35,102 nt of DNA, taken from positions 1-35,102 of the forward strand of contig JBBTYX010000007.1 in the NCBI GenBank assembly GCA_038078515.1, written 5' to 3'. Of the stretch, positions 8,931-15,895 are shown in pieces. This stretch comes from Patescibacteria group bacterium (GTDB taxonomy: Bacteria; Patescibacteriota; Minisyncoccia; 2-01-FULL-47-10; JBBTYX01). The notes under the pieces were generated by a model. The model worked only from the letters and a program-made list of their open reading frames with translations, was not told the origin of the DNA and did no database searches. Position numbers and translations under genes: made by a program. Position 1 is the stretch's first letter; every line of letters starts with the position of its first letter.

Positions 8931-9788
8931 GTGTATAATATATATTCCAATTCTTACAAGCCTAATCAAGACAATTATATAAGGCGCGCTAAAAGAAAAA
9001 GGGGTATGTCATTTTTAACCTATTTTATAATAGGTATTTTTGTTGTTATTTTTTTTATTATTTTTATAAATAAAGCCTTGTTTTTCCAAATACAAAGCAT
9101 AGAAGTAACCACCAATAAACTATCAGAGGTACAACATCTGATCATCAGAGGTACGAACTCTAATAGTGAAATTTATAATAGTGTAGCTGAGAAATATACT
9201 AATATACTTTTTTCTTCTTCAAAAGAAATCAAAAATCACTTACAAGCAAATTTTTTAGAAATTTCAAATATAACAGTTAATCGTAATCTATTTAAAAGAA
9301 AAATCTATATTTTTTATAGTACTCGCGAACCAAAATATATTTGGTGTAATTCTAATATCGAAGGGACGACCCCTGATAGTGAAAAGTGTTTTTTAGTTGA
9401 TAAAAGCGGTATTCTATTTAAAGATAATGATCAAAATGAAAATTTTATGTCAATTAAAAATGAATATTATCAGGATTTAAAATTAAAAAACGCAATACCA
9501 AGTAATGTGTTATATATTGTAAATAATTTTTCTTCTATATTAGAGCAAAGAAGCATTGATTTAAAAGAAATAATAATTAAAAATAATAGTTTAATAGTTT
9601 TTGTTTTAGATATTTTAGATGCTGAAAATAATTTAAAAAACACAATAGATGTGAGATTTTCTTTAGAAAAAGACTTAGGCGAGCAATTAGAAAAATCATC
9701 AAGTTTAATTAATTATTTAAGCAATATTGATTTAGAAAAAATAAAATATATTGACCTAAGAGTGAAAGAAAAGATATATTATAGATAG
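8931..9788 (+). CDS. Bitopic membrane protein, possibly FtsQ/DivIB-like (POTRA-type start after the TM)
   Basis: A basic N-terminus (RRAKRKRG) precedes a single TM, then FFQIQSIEVTTNK resembles the start of the FtsQ POTRA domain. The GTG start is uncertain. This is a weak call based on architecture only. Confidence 0.35.
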   Translation: MYNIYSNSYKPNQDNYIRRAKRKRGMSFLTYFIIGIFVVIFFIIFINKALFFQIQSIEVTTNKLSEVQHLIIRGTNSNSEIYNSVAEKYTNILFSSSKEIKNHLQANFLEISNITVNRNLFKRKIYIFYSTREPKYIWCNSNIEGTTPDSEKCFLVDKSGILFKDNDQNENFMSIKNEYYQDLKLKNAIPSNVLYIVNNFSSILEQRSIDLKEIIIKNNSLIVFVLDILDAENNLKNTIDVRFSLEKDLGEQLEKSSSLINYLSNIDLEKIKYIDLRVKEKIYYR

Positions 9789-9839
9789 TTCAAAAGTTAA
9801 AAGTTAAAGGTTAAAAGTATAGATAAAAACTAAAAAATT

Positions 9840-10877
9840 ATGAATACATTGTATAGAAAATATAGACCCCAGAAATTTGAAGAAATTGTAGGACAAGATC
9901 ATATTATTACGGTTTTGCAAAATGCTTTAAAACAAGGCAGAGTAGCGCATGGTTATTTGTTTACAGGACCTCGCGGAACTGGTAAAACAACAACAGCGCG
10001 AATTTTAGCGCGCGAGCTTAATTGCGAAGGTTTAGATTTAATTGAAGTAGACGCGGCATCTAATAGAGGAATTGATGAAATAAGGGATTTAAGAGAAAAT
10101 ATCCGTATTAGCACTGGTGAAAATGCTTGGCGCGTGTTTATATTAGACGAAGCTCATATGTTAACCACAATTGCTTCAAATGCTTTACTTAAGAGTTTAG
10201 AAGAGCCTCCTCCTCGTACTGTATTCATTTTAATCACAACAGAACAGGATAAAATAATACCAACTATTAAATCGCGTCTTCAAATACTTCCTTTTAAAAG
10301 CATAGCTTTAAACGATATTATTACCCGTTTAGAACAAATTGTTAAAAAAGAAAAAGTTAAAGTAGATAGCAAAGTTATTAAAGCAATCGCTATAAACGCA
10401 TCAGGAGGTATGCGTGACGCAGAGAGTAATTTAACTAAAATTTTAAGCACTGGAAAAGATAATATTGTACTTGAGGATATTAGGCATATTTTAGGCATTA
10501 TAGACGAGCATTTAGTGATAAAATATATAGAACTATTATTTGTTGGTGATAAAAGCAAAATTTTTAACTTTATAAAAAATTTAGAAGATAAAGGAATACA
10601 GGAAAAAATATTTTTAAAATCGTTTTTAGAATACTGGCGTAAACTTATTTTAATAAACGTTAATCCGCAAATAGCAAGCGAACTTTCTTTGCAATTGACA
10701 AAAGAGGATTTAGCAATTATTATAAAGCAAGCTAAAAAAGCTTCATCGCAAATTTTAATTAAAACAGCGCAAATATTTTTACAAAACTTTAATGATTCAG
10801 AGAAATATCCAGAACAAATGATGGCGCTTGAAATAGCAACACTCCAATGCTTAGATTTATTCAAAAAAACCACATAG
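9840..10877 (+). CDS. dnaX: DNA polymerase III subunit gamma/tau, short form (domains I-III only)
   Basis: YRPQKFEEIVGQDHI is followed by Walker A GPRGTGKTT, Walker B ILDEAHML and sensor motifs SNALLKSLEEPP. At 345 aa it lacks the tau C-terminal domains. Confidence 0.9.
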   Translation: MNTLYRKYRPQKFEEIVGQDHIITVLQNALKQGRVAHGYLFTGPRGTGKTTTARILARELNCEGLDLIEVDAASNRGIDEIRDLRENIRISTGENAWRVFILDEAHMLTTIASNALLKSLEEPPPRTVFILITTEQDKIIPTIKSRLQILPFKSIALNDIITRLEQIVKKEKVKVDSKVIKAIAINASGGMRDAESNLTKILSTGKDNIVLEDIRHILGIIDEHLVIKYIELLFVGDKSKIFNFIKNLEDKGIQEKIFLKSFLEYWRKLILINVNPQIASELSLQLTKEDLAIIIKQAKKASSQILIKTAQIFLQNFNDSEKYPEQMMALEIATLQCLDLFKKTT

Positions 10878-11638
10878 TAAACATAGTAATACTTGCTATT
10901 ACAGTAGCGCTTGTTTACGTTTTATTTTATAAAGATATGTACAAATCTATTGATTTAGATTTAAAAAATGATACTTCAAAAACAGAATTTTTTATAAGTA
11001 ATGATAATAAAATAACAATAGAGCGACCAATAGCAGGAGATATTTTAAAAGGTATTTTAGCGTTAAAAGGAAACAGTAAAGAACCTTTAACATTAAATTT
11101 AAAAGATGCTAACAACACTATTTTATTAACACTTAATTTAGATGCTGGAGATTTTGAAAAAGAATATGTGTACGCTTCTCCGCAATCAGAAACAGGAAAA
11201 TTAGAAATCGCTGATTTTTCAATTCCAATAAAATTTAATATTTTAAGCGGACAAGAAGTAAAAGTATTTTTTTCAAATATTAGCAAAGATCCAGAATTAA
11301 AAAATTGCGGAAATACTTATCCAGTAATAAGACATACTTCTGATAAAAATCCATCTTTAAGCGCGATAATTAGCTTGCTTGTAGGTCCTAATAAAGAAGA
11401 AAAAATGCAAGGATATTTTACTAATTTGCCTTTGCGCATCATTAAAATAAATAATTTTGAAATTAAAGAAGGCATTGCTTATGTTGATTTTTCCGAAGAA
11501 TTAGGAATTGGCGTAGCTGGTTCTTGTAGAGTAGACGCTATAAAATCTCAAATAGAAGAAACGCTAAAACAATTTGAAAATATAAAAAGCGTTATAATAT
11601 CAATAGAAAGCAAAGCAGATGGAATATTACAGCCGTAA
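10847..11638 (+). CDS. Membrane-anchored GerMN-domain protein with an Ig-like N-domain
   Basis: An N-terminal TM is followed by a C-terminal half with the GerMN-like pattern (LLVGPNKEEKMQGYFTNLP ... AYVDFSEEL ... GSCRV ... QIEETL). It overlaps the dnaX 3' end by 31 nt. Confidence 0.5.
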   Translation: MLRFIQKNHIVNIVILAITVALVYVLFYKDMYKSIDLDLKNDTSKTEFFISNDNKITIERPIAGDILKGILALKGNSKEPLTLNLKDANNTILLTLNLDAGDFEKEYVYASPQSETGKLEIADFSIPIKFNILSGQEVKVFFSNISKDPELKNCGNTYPVIRHTSDKNPSLSAIISLLVGPNKEEKMQGYFTNLPLRIIKINNFEIKEGIAYVDFSEELGIGVAGSCRVDAIKSQIEETLKQFENIKSVIISIESKADGILQP

Positions 11639-11649
11639 ATTTTAAATAT

Positions 11650-11721
11650 TGCCGGGTCGTCTAATGGTAGTGACATTGGGTTTTGGTCCCAAGGATCGGG
11701 GTTCGAGTCCCTGCCCGGCAG
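11650..11721 (+). tRNA. tRNA-Gln (anticodon UUG)
   Basis: I folded the cloverleaf by hand. The acceptor stem is TGCCGGG/CCCGGCA with U1-A72 and discriminator G73, both hallmarks of bacterial tRNA-Gln. The anticodon stem is TTGGG/CCCAA with loop TTTTGGT, giving anticodon TTG. The T arm is CGGGG-TTCGAGT-CCCTG. CCA is not encoded. Confidence 0.85.
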
Positions 11722-11790
11722 CAGTTTTTAATAAAACGAACTTTAAAGCGACGGCTGTTTGCGTTTCATTTATTCAGGTTTCGCTTTTTT

Positions 11791-11819
11791 AACAATCGGT
11801 AACTCGGTTACCGATTGTT
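11791..11819. repeat. Palindromic element copy 1 (13-bp arms AACAATCGGTAAC, centre TCG; 21-mer core at 11795-11815), followed by a T7 run
   Basis: An exact inverted repeat read directly from the sequence. Its position after tRNA-Gln and the following T-run make it terminator-like. Confidence 0.9.
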
Positions 11820-11839
11820 TTTTTAATCAGTAACTCGTA

Positions 11840-11864
11840 ATCGGTAACTCGGTTACCGATTGTT
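11840..11864. repeat. Palindromic element copy 2 (core 11840-11860), preceded by a half copy ATCAGTAACTCG at 11826-11837 and followed by T5
   Basis: The 21-mer is identical to copy 1, and the right flank TGTT is shared with copies 1 and 4. Confidence 0.9.
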
Positions 11865-11926
11865 TTTCTGCGTTTGAGTAATTATTGCTTAAATTGTTTA
11901 AATATGTCAAGATATGTAATATGTAT

Positions 11927-12496
11927 ATGGAAATTAAATCAGCTAAATTTATTAAAGGTATTATTGGCGCGGATGATATTTTATATGATGGCATTTTACA
12001 GATAGCGTTTTTTGGTCGTTCAAATGTAGGTAAATCAAGCGTAATAAACTCTTTAGTTAATCGCAAAAATTTAGTAAAATCAAGTAATCGCCCTGGCAAA
12101 ACTCAGCGATTAGATTTTTTTCTAATTAACAATAATACATACTTTGTTGATATACCCGGTTATGGTTTCGCAAAAATTCCAAAAAATAGAAGAGAGAAAC
12201 TTCGTAAACTTATTTTATGGTATTTGCTTTATTCAGAAGTTGAAAACAGAAAAATAGTTTTAATAATAGACGCTAAAGTGGGACCAACTTCATTTGATAT
12301 TGAAATGATAGAGCTTTTGCAAAAAAATAATGAAAATATTATAATAATAGCTAATAAAATAGATAAGTTAAAAAAAAATGATATAAAAAAACAAATACAA
12401 TCTATTATTCAAGAGATCAAAAACGACAATGTAATTCCATATTCTGCTAAAACAAAACAGGGCAGGGAAGAATTATTATTAAAAATATTTGAATAA
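11927..12496 (+). CDS. engB: Ribosome-biogenesis GTPase EngB/YsxC/YihA
   Basis: G1 motif GRSNVGKSS is followed by NRPGKTQ (G2 region), DIPGYG (G3) and NKIDK (G4). The ATG at 11927 (or 11921) is preferred to the TTG at 11885 in the ORF track. Confidence 0.85.
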   Translation: MEIKSAKFIKGIIGADDILYDGILQIAFFGRSNVGKSSVINSLVNRKNLVKSSNRPGKTQRLDFFLINNNTYFVDIPGYGFAKIPKNRREKLRKLILWYLLYSEVENRKIVLIIDAKVGPTSFDIEMIELLQKNNENIIIIANKIDKLKKNDIKKQIQSIIQEIKNDNVIPYSAKTKQGREELLLKIFE

Positions 12497-12505
12497 TTTT
12501 AAATT

Positions 12506-13699
12506 ATGAGCCCTATTAAATTTAAAATTGAAAAAAAATTAAAAGGAGCATTGGGTAGAGCAGGGAAATTAAGCACGCCTAATGGAGATATTTTAACTCC
12601 AGCTTTTGTAACTGTGGGTACTAAAGCAACTGTAAAATCGCTTTCGCCTGAACAAGTGGCAAATTTAGGAGCGCAAGTTATTTTAGCAAATACTTATCAT
12701 TTATATTTACAGCCGGGAGATAAAATAATAAAAAAAGCTGGCGGTCTCTGTAAATTTATTAATTGGAAAGGTCCAACAATGACAGATTCTGGTGGGTTTC
12801 AAGTGTTTTCATTAGGCGAGGCAATGGGCTCAAGCGTAAGTAAAATCGCAAGTGGCAAACAATCGGTAACCGAGTTACCGATAAATAAGAGAAAAGAAAA
12901 ATTGGCTAAGATTGATGAAAACGGAGTTAAATTTACATCGCCAATTGACGGAAGTTCGCATTATTTTACGCCCGAGAAATCAATTGAAATTCAACATAAT
13001 ATTGGAGCTGATATGATATTTGCTTTTGACGAATGCACTTCGTCGCAAGCAAGTTATGAATACCAAATAAAAGCAATGGAGCGCACACACAGATGGGCTA
13101 AGCGATGTATTGATTATCATAAAAAATCTAAAAATAGGGAAAAACAAGCTTTATTTGGTATTGTTCAAGGCGGGAAATTTAGCAATTTGCGTAAAAAAAG
13201 CGCGCAAATAATTGCCAGTATGCCATTTGACGGCTTTGGTATTGGCGGTTCATTTATTAAAGAAGATATAGACGCGTCAGTTTACTTAGTTAATAAAATT
13301 TTACCAGAGGACAAACCCCGTCATCTTTTAGGAATAGGAGAGCCCATTGATTTATTTGGCGGAGTAGAAAAAGGAGTGGATTTATTTGACTGCGTCGCGC
13401 CAACAAGAATTGCAAGAAATGGAACTCTATATACAAAAAAAGGCAAAATAAATATTTTTAACGCAAAATATAAACAAGATTTTAAACCAATAGAAAAAGA
13501 CTGCGCTTGTTATACTTGTAAAAATTATACAAAAGCTTATATCGCGCATCTTTTTCGCGCTAAAGAAATATTTGCTGCAACACTCGCGTCAATTCACAAT
13601 CTTTACTTCATAGTTAACCTTGTTTCTCAAATTCGCGAATCAATTTTAAATAATAATTTTTACGAATTCAAAAAAGATTTTTTAAAACATTACTTATAG
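12506..13699 (+). CDS. tgt: Queuine/guanine tRNA-ribosyltransferase (Tgt)
   Basis: Present are TPAFVTVGT, TDSGGFQVFSLG, FAFDECTS, LLGIGEP and the zinc site CACYTCKNYTKAYIAHL (CxCxxC...H). It carries palindromic element copy 3 in frame. Confidence 0.9.
   Translation: MSPIKFKIEKKLKGALGRAGKLSTPNGDILTPAFVTVGTKATVKSLSPEQVANLGAQVILANTYHLYLQPGDKIIKKAGGLCKFINWKGPTMTDSGGFQVFSLGEAMGSSVSKIASGKQSVTELPINKRKEKLAKIDENGVKFTSPIDGSSHYFTPEKSIEIQHNIGADMIFAFDECTSSQASYEYQIKAMERTHRWAKRCIDYHKKSKNREKQALFGIVQGGKFSNLRKKSAQIIASMPFDGFGIGGSFIKEDIDASVYLVNKILPEDKPRHLLGIGEPIDLFGGVEKGVDLFDCVAPTRIARNGTLYTKKGKINIFNAKYKQDFKPIEKDCACYTCKNYTKAYIAHLFRAKEIFAATLASIHNLYFIVNLVSQIRESILNNNFYEFKKDFLKHYL
12862..12882. repeat. Palindromic element copy 3 (centre CGA on + strand), inside tgt, translated as QSVTELPI
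   Basis: It is the exact 21-mer in reverse complement relative to copies 1, 2 and 4-6. The left flank AAACA is shared with copy 4 in sense orientation. Confidence 0.9.
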
Positions 13700-13709
13700 A
13701 AAAAATTAT

Positions 13710-13738
13710 TTGACAAAAATAATTTTTCGTATTAAAAT
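13710..13738 (+). promoter_or_regulatory. Consensus sigma70 promoter TTGACA-N17-TAAAAT. The yqeY ATG begins 7 nt after the -10, predicting a leaderless mRNA.
   Basis: TTGACA at 13710-13715, 17-nt spacer, TAAAAT at 13733-13738, ATG at 13745, no SD. Confidence 0.55.
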
Positions 13739-13744
13739 AGATAT

Positions 13745-14197
13745 ATGACGATTAAAGATCAAATTTTTGAAGATTTAAAACAAGCAATGAAAATGCGGGA
13801 AGTTGATAAGGTAACTGTTTTACGCACTATAAATTCAGCTATAAAAAATAAAGAAATAGAATTAAATAAACGAGAAAATGGTCTTAATGACGAAGAAACA
13901 ATATCTGTAATTGCCAAAGAAGCTAAAAAACGAAAAGAAGCGATTTTTGAATATCAAAAATGCAATAGAGAAGAATTATCGCAAAAAGAAGAAAAGGAAT
14001 TGAAGATATTGCAAAAATATATTCCAAAGGAAATGACTGAACAAGAAATAATAAATGAAGTGGATAAAACAATAAAAGAATTAAATCCTAATGGAATAAA
14101 GGATTTTGGTAGAGTAATGCAGGCTGTGATGGCTAAATTAAAAAACAGAGCAGACGGCGCGTTAGTTAATAAAATTATTAAAGAAAAGTTAAATTAA
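13745..14197 (+). CDS. yqeY: GatB/YqeY-domain protein
   Basis: The length and pattern are typical of YqeY: an N-terminal L..AMK....D...V.R......K, and a C-terminal GIKDFGRVMQAVMAKLKNRADGALVNKIIKEKL. Confidence 0.8.
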   Translation: MTIKDQIFEDLKQAMKMREVDKVTVLRTINSAIKNKEIELNKRENGLNDEETISVIAKEAKKRKEAIFEYQKCNREELSQKEEKELKILQKYIPKEMTEQEIINEVDKTIKELNPNGIKDFGRVMQAVMAKLKNRADGALVNKIIKEKLN

Positions 14198-14227
14198 ATA
14201 TTTAATTTCTCTTTAATAGTTCTTTAT

Positions 14228-14398
14228 AGCGCGACGCAAGAAATATAAGGTACCCTCCACGCCTTATAAACCCCACTGATGTACTTGCGTCGCGCGCTAA
14301 AAATACAACAAATGGCAGAGAACCTAGTACCAATCTTCCAAATGATGATCTCTCCTTTCAACATCATTAGAAGGTGGTTCTCTGTCAAGTCTTTTTTT
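14228..14398 (+). ncRNA. Candidate structured small RNA of unknown family: two long GC-rich hairpins and a downstream T7 run
   Basis: Hairpin 1 has a 12-bp GC-rich stem GCGCGACGCAAG/CTTGCGTCGCGC (14229-14240 / 14284-14295). It encloses an inner stem TATAAGG/CCTTATA with loop TACCCTCCACG. Hairpin 2 has an outer stem GGCAGAGAACC/GGTTCTCTGTC (14314-14324 / 14376-14386), an inner 6-bp stem and a 7-bp stem, and a 14-nt loop ATCTCTCCTTTCAA. A T7 run lies at 14392-14398. The region is locally GC-rich in an AT-rich genome and has no ORF of 60 aa or more. The strand is inferred from the T-run only. Confidence 0.4.
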
Positions 14399-14470
14399 AT
14401 CCTTTTATAATATAGAAGGGTAATTTCATTTTAGGCAAAGAGAAAAACAAGGTTCTATGTAATAATTTTA

Positions 14471-14500
14471 TTGACAAATGAGCTAATTTTAGTTCATAAT
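14471..14500 (+). promoter_or_regulatory. Consensus sigma70 promoter TTGACA-N18-CATAAT. The tsaC ATG begins 7 nt after the -10, predicting a leaderless mRNA.
   Basis: TTGACA at 14471-14476, CATAAT at 14495-14500, ATG at 14507. The geometry is the same as the yqeY promoter. Confidence 0.55.
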
Positions 14501-14506
14501 TAAGAA

Positions 14507-15109
14507 ATGGAACAAATCATTAAAAAAATAATTGAAATACTAAGCAAAGACGGAGTTGTTGTTTTGCCGACTGATACTGTTTATGGCATTTGCTGTTCAT
14601 TTGAAAGCATAAAAGCATATCAAAAAATATTAGCTATAAAAGGAAGAGAAGCTGAAAAACTTTTGCCTGTATTTGTTCATTGTATGCAAAAGGCAAAAGA
14701 GATTGCGTATATAAATAAAAAACAAGAGCAAATATTAAATGTGTTTTGGCCTGGGAGTATTACTTGTATTTTAAAATCAAAAATAAAAAATAAATTTAAC
14801 TTTCTTAACACAATTGCTATTCGTATTCCAGATAATAATTTATTGTTAAAAATTTTATTGGAATTTAAAAAACCTCTTTTTCAAACATCTGCTAATTTAT
14901 CCGGATTAAATCCAGCTAAAAATGTAGATGAGATACAAAAACAGTTTAAAGATAATTTTGTAAAGCCGGATCTTATTATTGATGGAGGAAATTTATCAAA
15001 AGACTTAAATTCAACAATAGTTGATTTAACTAAAAAACCTTATCGTATATTGCGTCAAGGGAAAAACTATATATTAGTCCAAAAAACCTTGGAACGAATA
15101 TCCTCGTAA
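14507..15109 (+). CDS. tsaC: L-threonylcarbamoyladenylate synthase, YrdC/TsaC type (t6A biosynthesis)
   Basis: YrdC-domain pattern: VVVLPTDTVYGICC ... IKGREAEKLLPVFV ... WPGSIT ... IRIP ... QTSANLSG. About 200 aa with no Sua5 C-domain. Confidence 0.8.
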   Translation: MEQIIKKIIEILSKDGVVVLPTDTVYGICCSFESIKAYQKILAIKGREAEKLLPVFVHCMQKAKEIAYINKKQEQILNVFWPGSITCILKSKIKNKFNFLNTIAIRIPDNNLLLKILLEFKKPLFQTSANLSGLNPAKNVDEIQKQFKDNFVKPDLIIDGGNLSKDLNSTIVDLTKKPYRILRQGKNYILVQKTLERISS

Positions 15110-15895
15110 AAAATCGCTCCAACTCATATCTTTTCGTCCTTCGGGCCTAATTTTTTTAATTTTAATTTCATTATTTTGAACTTCTGCTTCTAATATTTGT
15201 ATTCTTATTATTTTTGATTTTTGATTTTTTGTTTTAATTTTTGCATAAGAAAAAGCTATAGGCCATTCTATATAAGCTCTTATTTTTCTCTCTATTATTT
15301 CTGGAGATTCTTTCCAATTTATTTTAGCGTTTTCTTTTTTAATTAAATTTGTATAGGTTGCTTTATTTTCGTCTTGTTTAACAATCGGTAACTCGGTTAC
15401 CGATTGTTTTAATTTTTCTAAAATATCAATTAGCAAGTTAGCTCCTAAATTAAATAAAATTTCACCCAATTTTTTTGTTGTGTATTTTTTATCAATAATA
15501 AATTCTCTTTGAATTAAAATAGGTCCAGCGTCTATTTTTTCTGTCATTTTAATAATTGTAACGCCGGCAATTTTATCACCATTTATGATTGTTTCTTGCA
15601 ATGGCGATGGCCCCCTGTATTTTGGCAAAAGAGAAGGATGAATATTTAAAATACCATATTTAAACTTCTTAATAATATTTTTAGGAATTATTTTTCCATA
15701 TGAAGCAACAATGCCAAGAGAGTACTTATCATTAAGTAAATGTTTACTATTTTTGCCAATAATTAAATCAGGCTTGAAATTGTAGCTAGTAAAGTTAGCG
15801 TCCAATTCCGTTTCATTAAGTCTATTTAAAATTATTTTTGAATATTCGCTATCGCCAAAAAATACTAATTTTTTTATTATTTGCTTATTGTTCAT
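15074..15895 (-). CDS. fmt: Methionyl-tRNA formyltransferase (short form)
   Basis: VASYGKIIP ... ILNIHPSLLPKYRGPSPLQ ... GVTIIKMTEKIDAGPIL is followed by a C-terminal domain containing YIEWPIAF. It sits downstream of def in the conserved priA-def-fmt order and carries palindromic element copy 4 in frame. Confidence 0.85.
   Translation of the reverse strand: MNNKQIIKKLVFFGDSEYSKIILNRLNETELDANFTSYNFKPDLIIGKNSKHLLNDKYSLGIVASYGKIIPKNIIKKFKYGILNIHPSLLPKYRGPSPLQETIINGDKIAGVTIIKMTEKIDAGPILIQREFIIDKKYTTKKLGEILFNLGANLLIDILEKLKQSVTELPIVKQDENKATYTNLIKKENAKINWKESPEIIERKIRAYIEWPIAFSYAKIKTKNQKSKIIRIQILEAEVQNNEIKIKKIRPEGRKDMSWSDFLRGYSFQGFLD
15380..15408. repeat. Palindromic element copy 4 (13-bp arms; core 15384-15404), inside fmt, translated as KQSVTELPIV on the minus strand
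   Basis: The 29-mer is identical to copy 1. Confidence 0.9.

Noticed and set aside
11827-12099. A 90-aa minus-strand ORF in the track contains the peptide KQSVTELPI.
   Set aside because: It overlaps the well-supported engB gene on the opposite strand. Its only notable feature is read-through of palindromic element copy 2. The shared peptide reflects the DNA repeat, not a gene family.
14228-14398. The structured spacer RNA could be SRP (4.5S) RNA, 6S RNA, RNase P RNA or tmRNA.
   Set aside because: I could not find the diagnostic motifs on either strand. There is no GGAA/GNRA-capped helix 8 with AGCA, no GAGGAAAGUCC or ACAGNRA RNase P blocks, and no tRNA-like GGGG...CCACCA ends or tag ORF. 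The element is therefore left as unknown rather than named.
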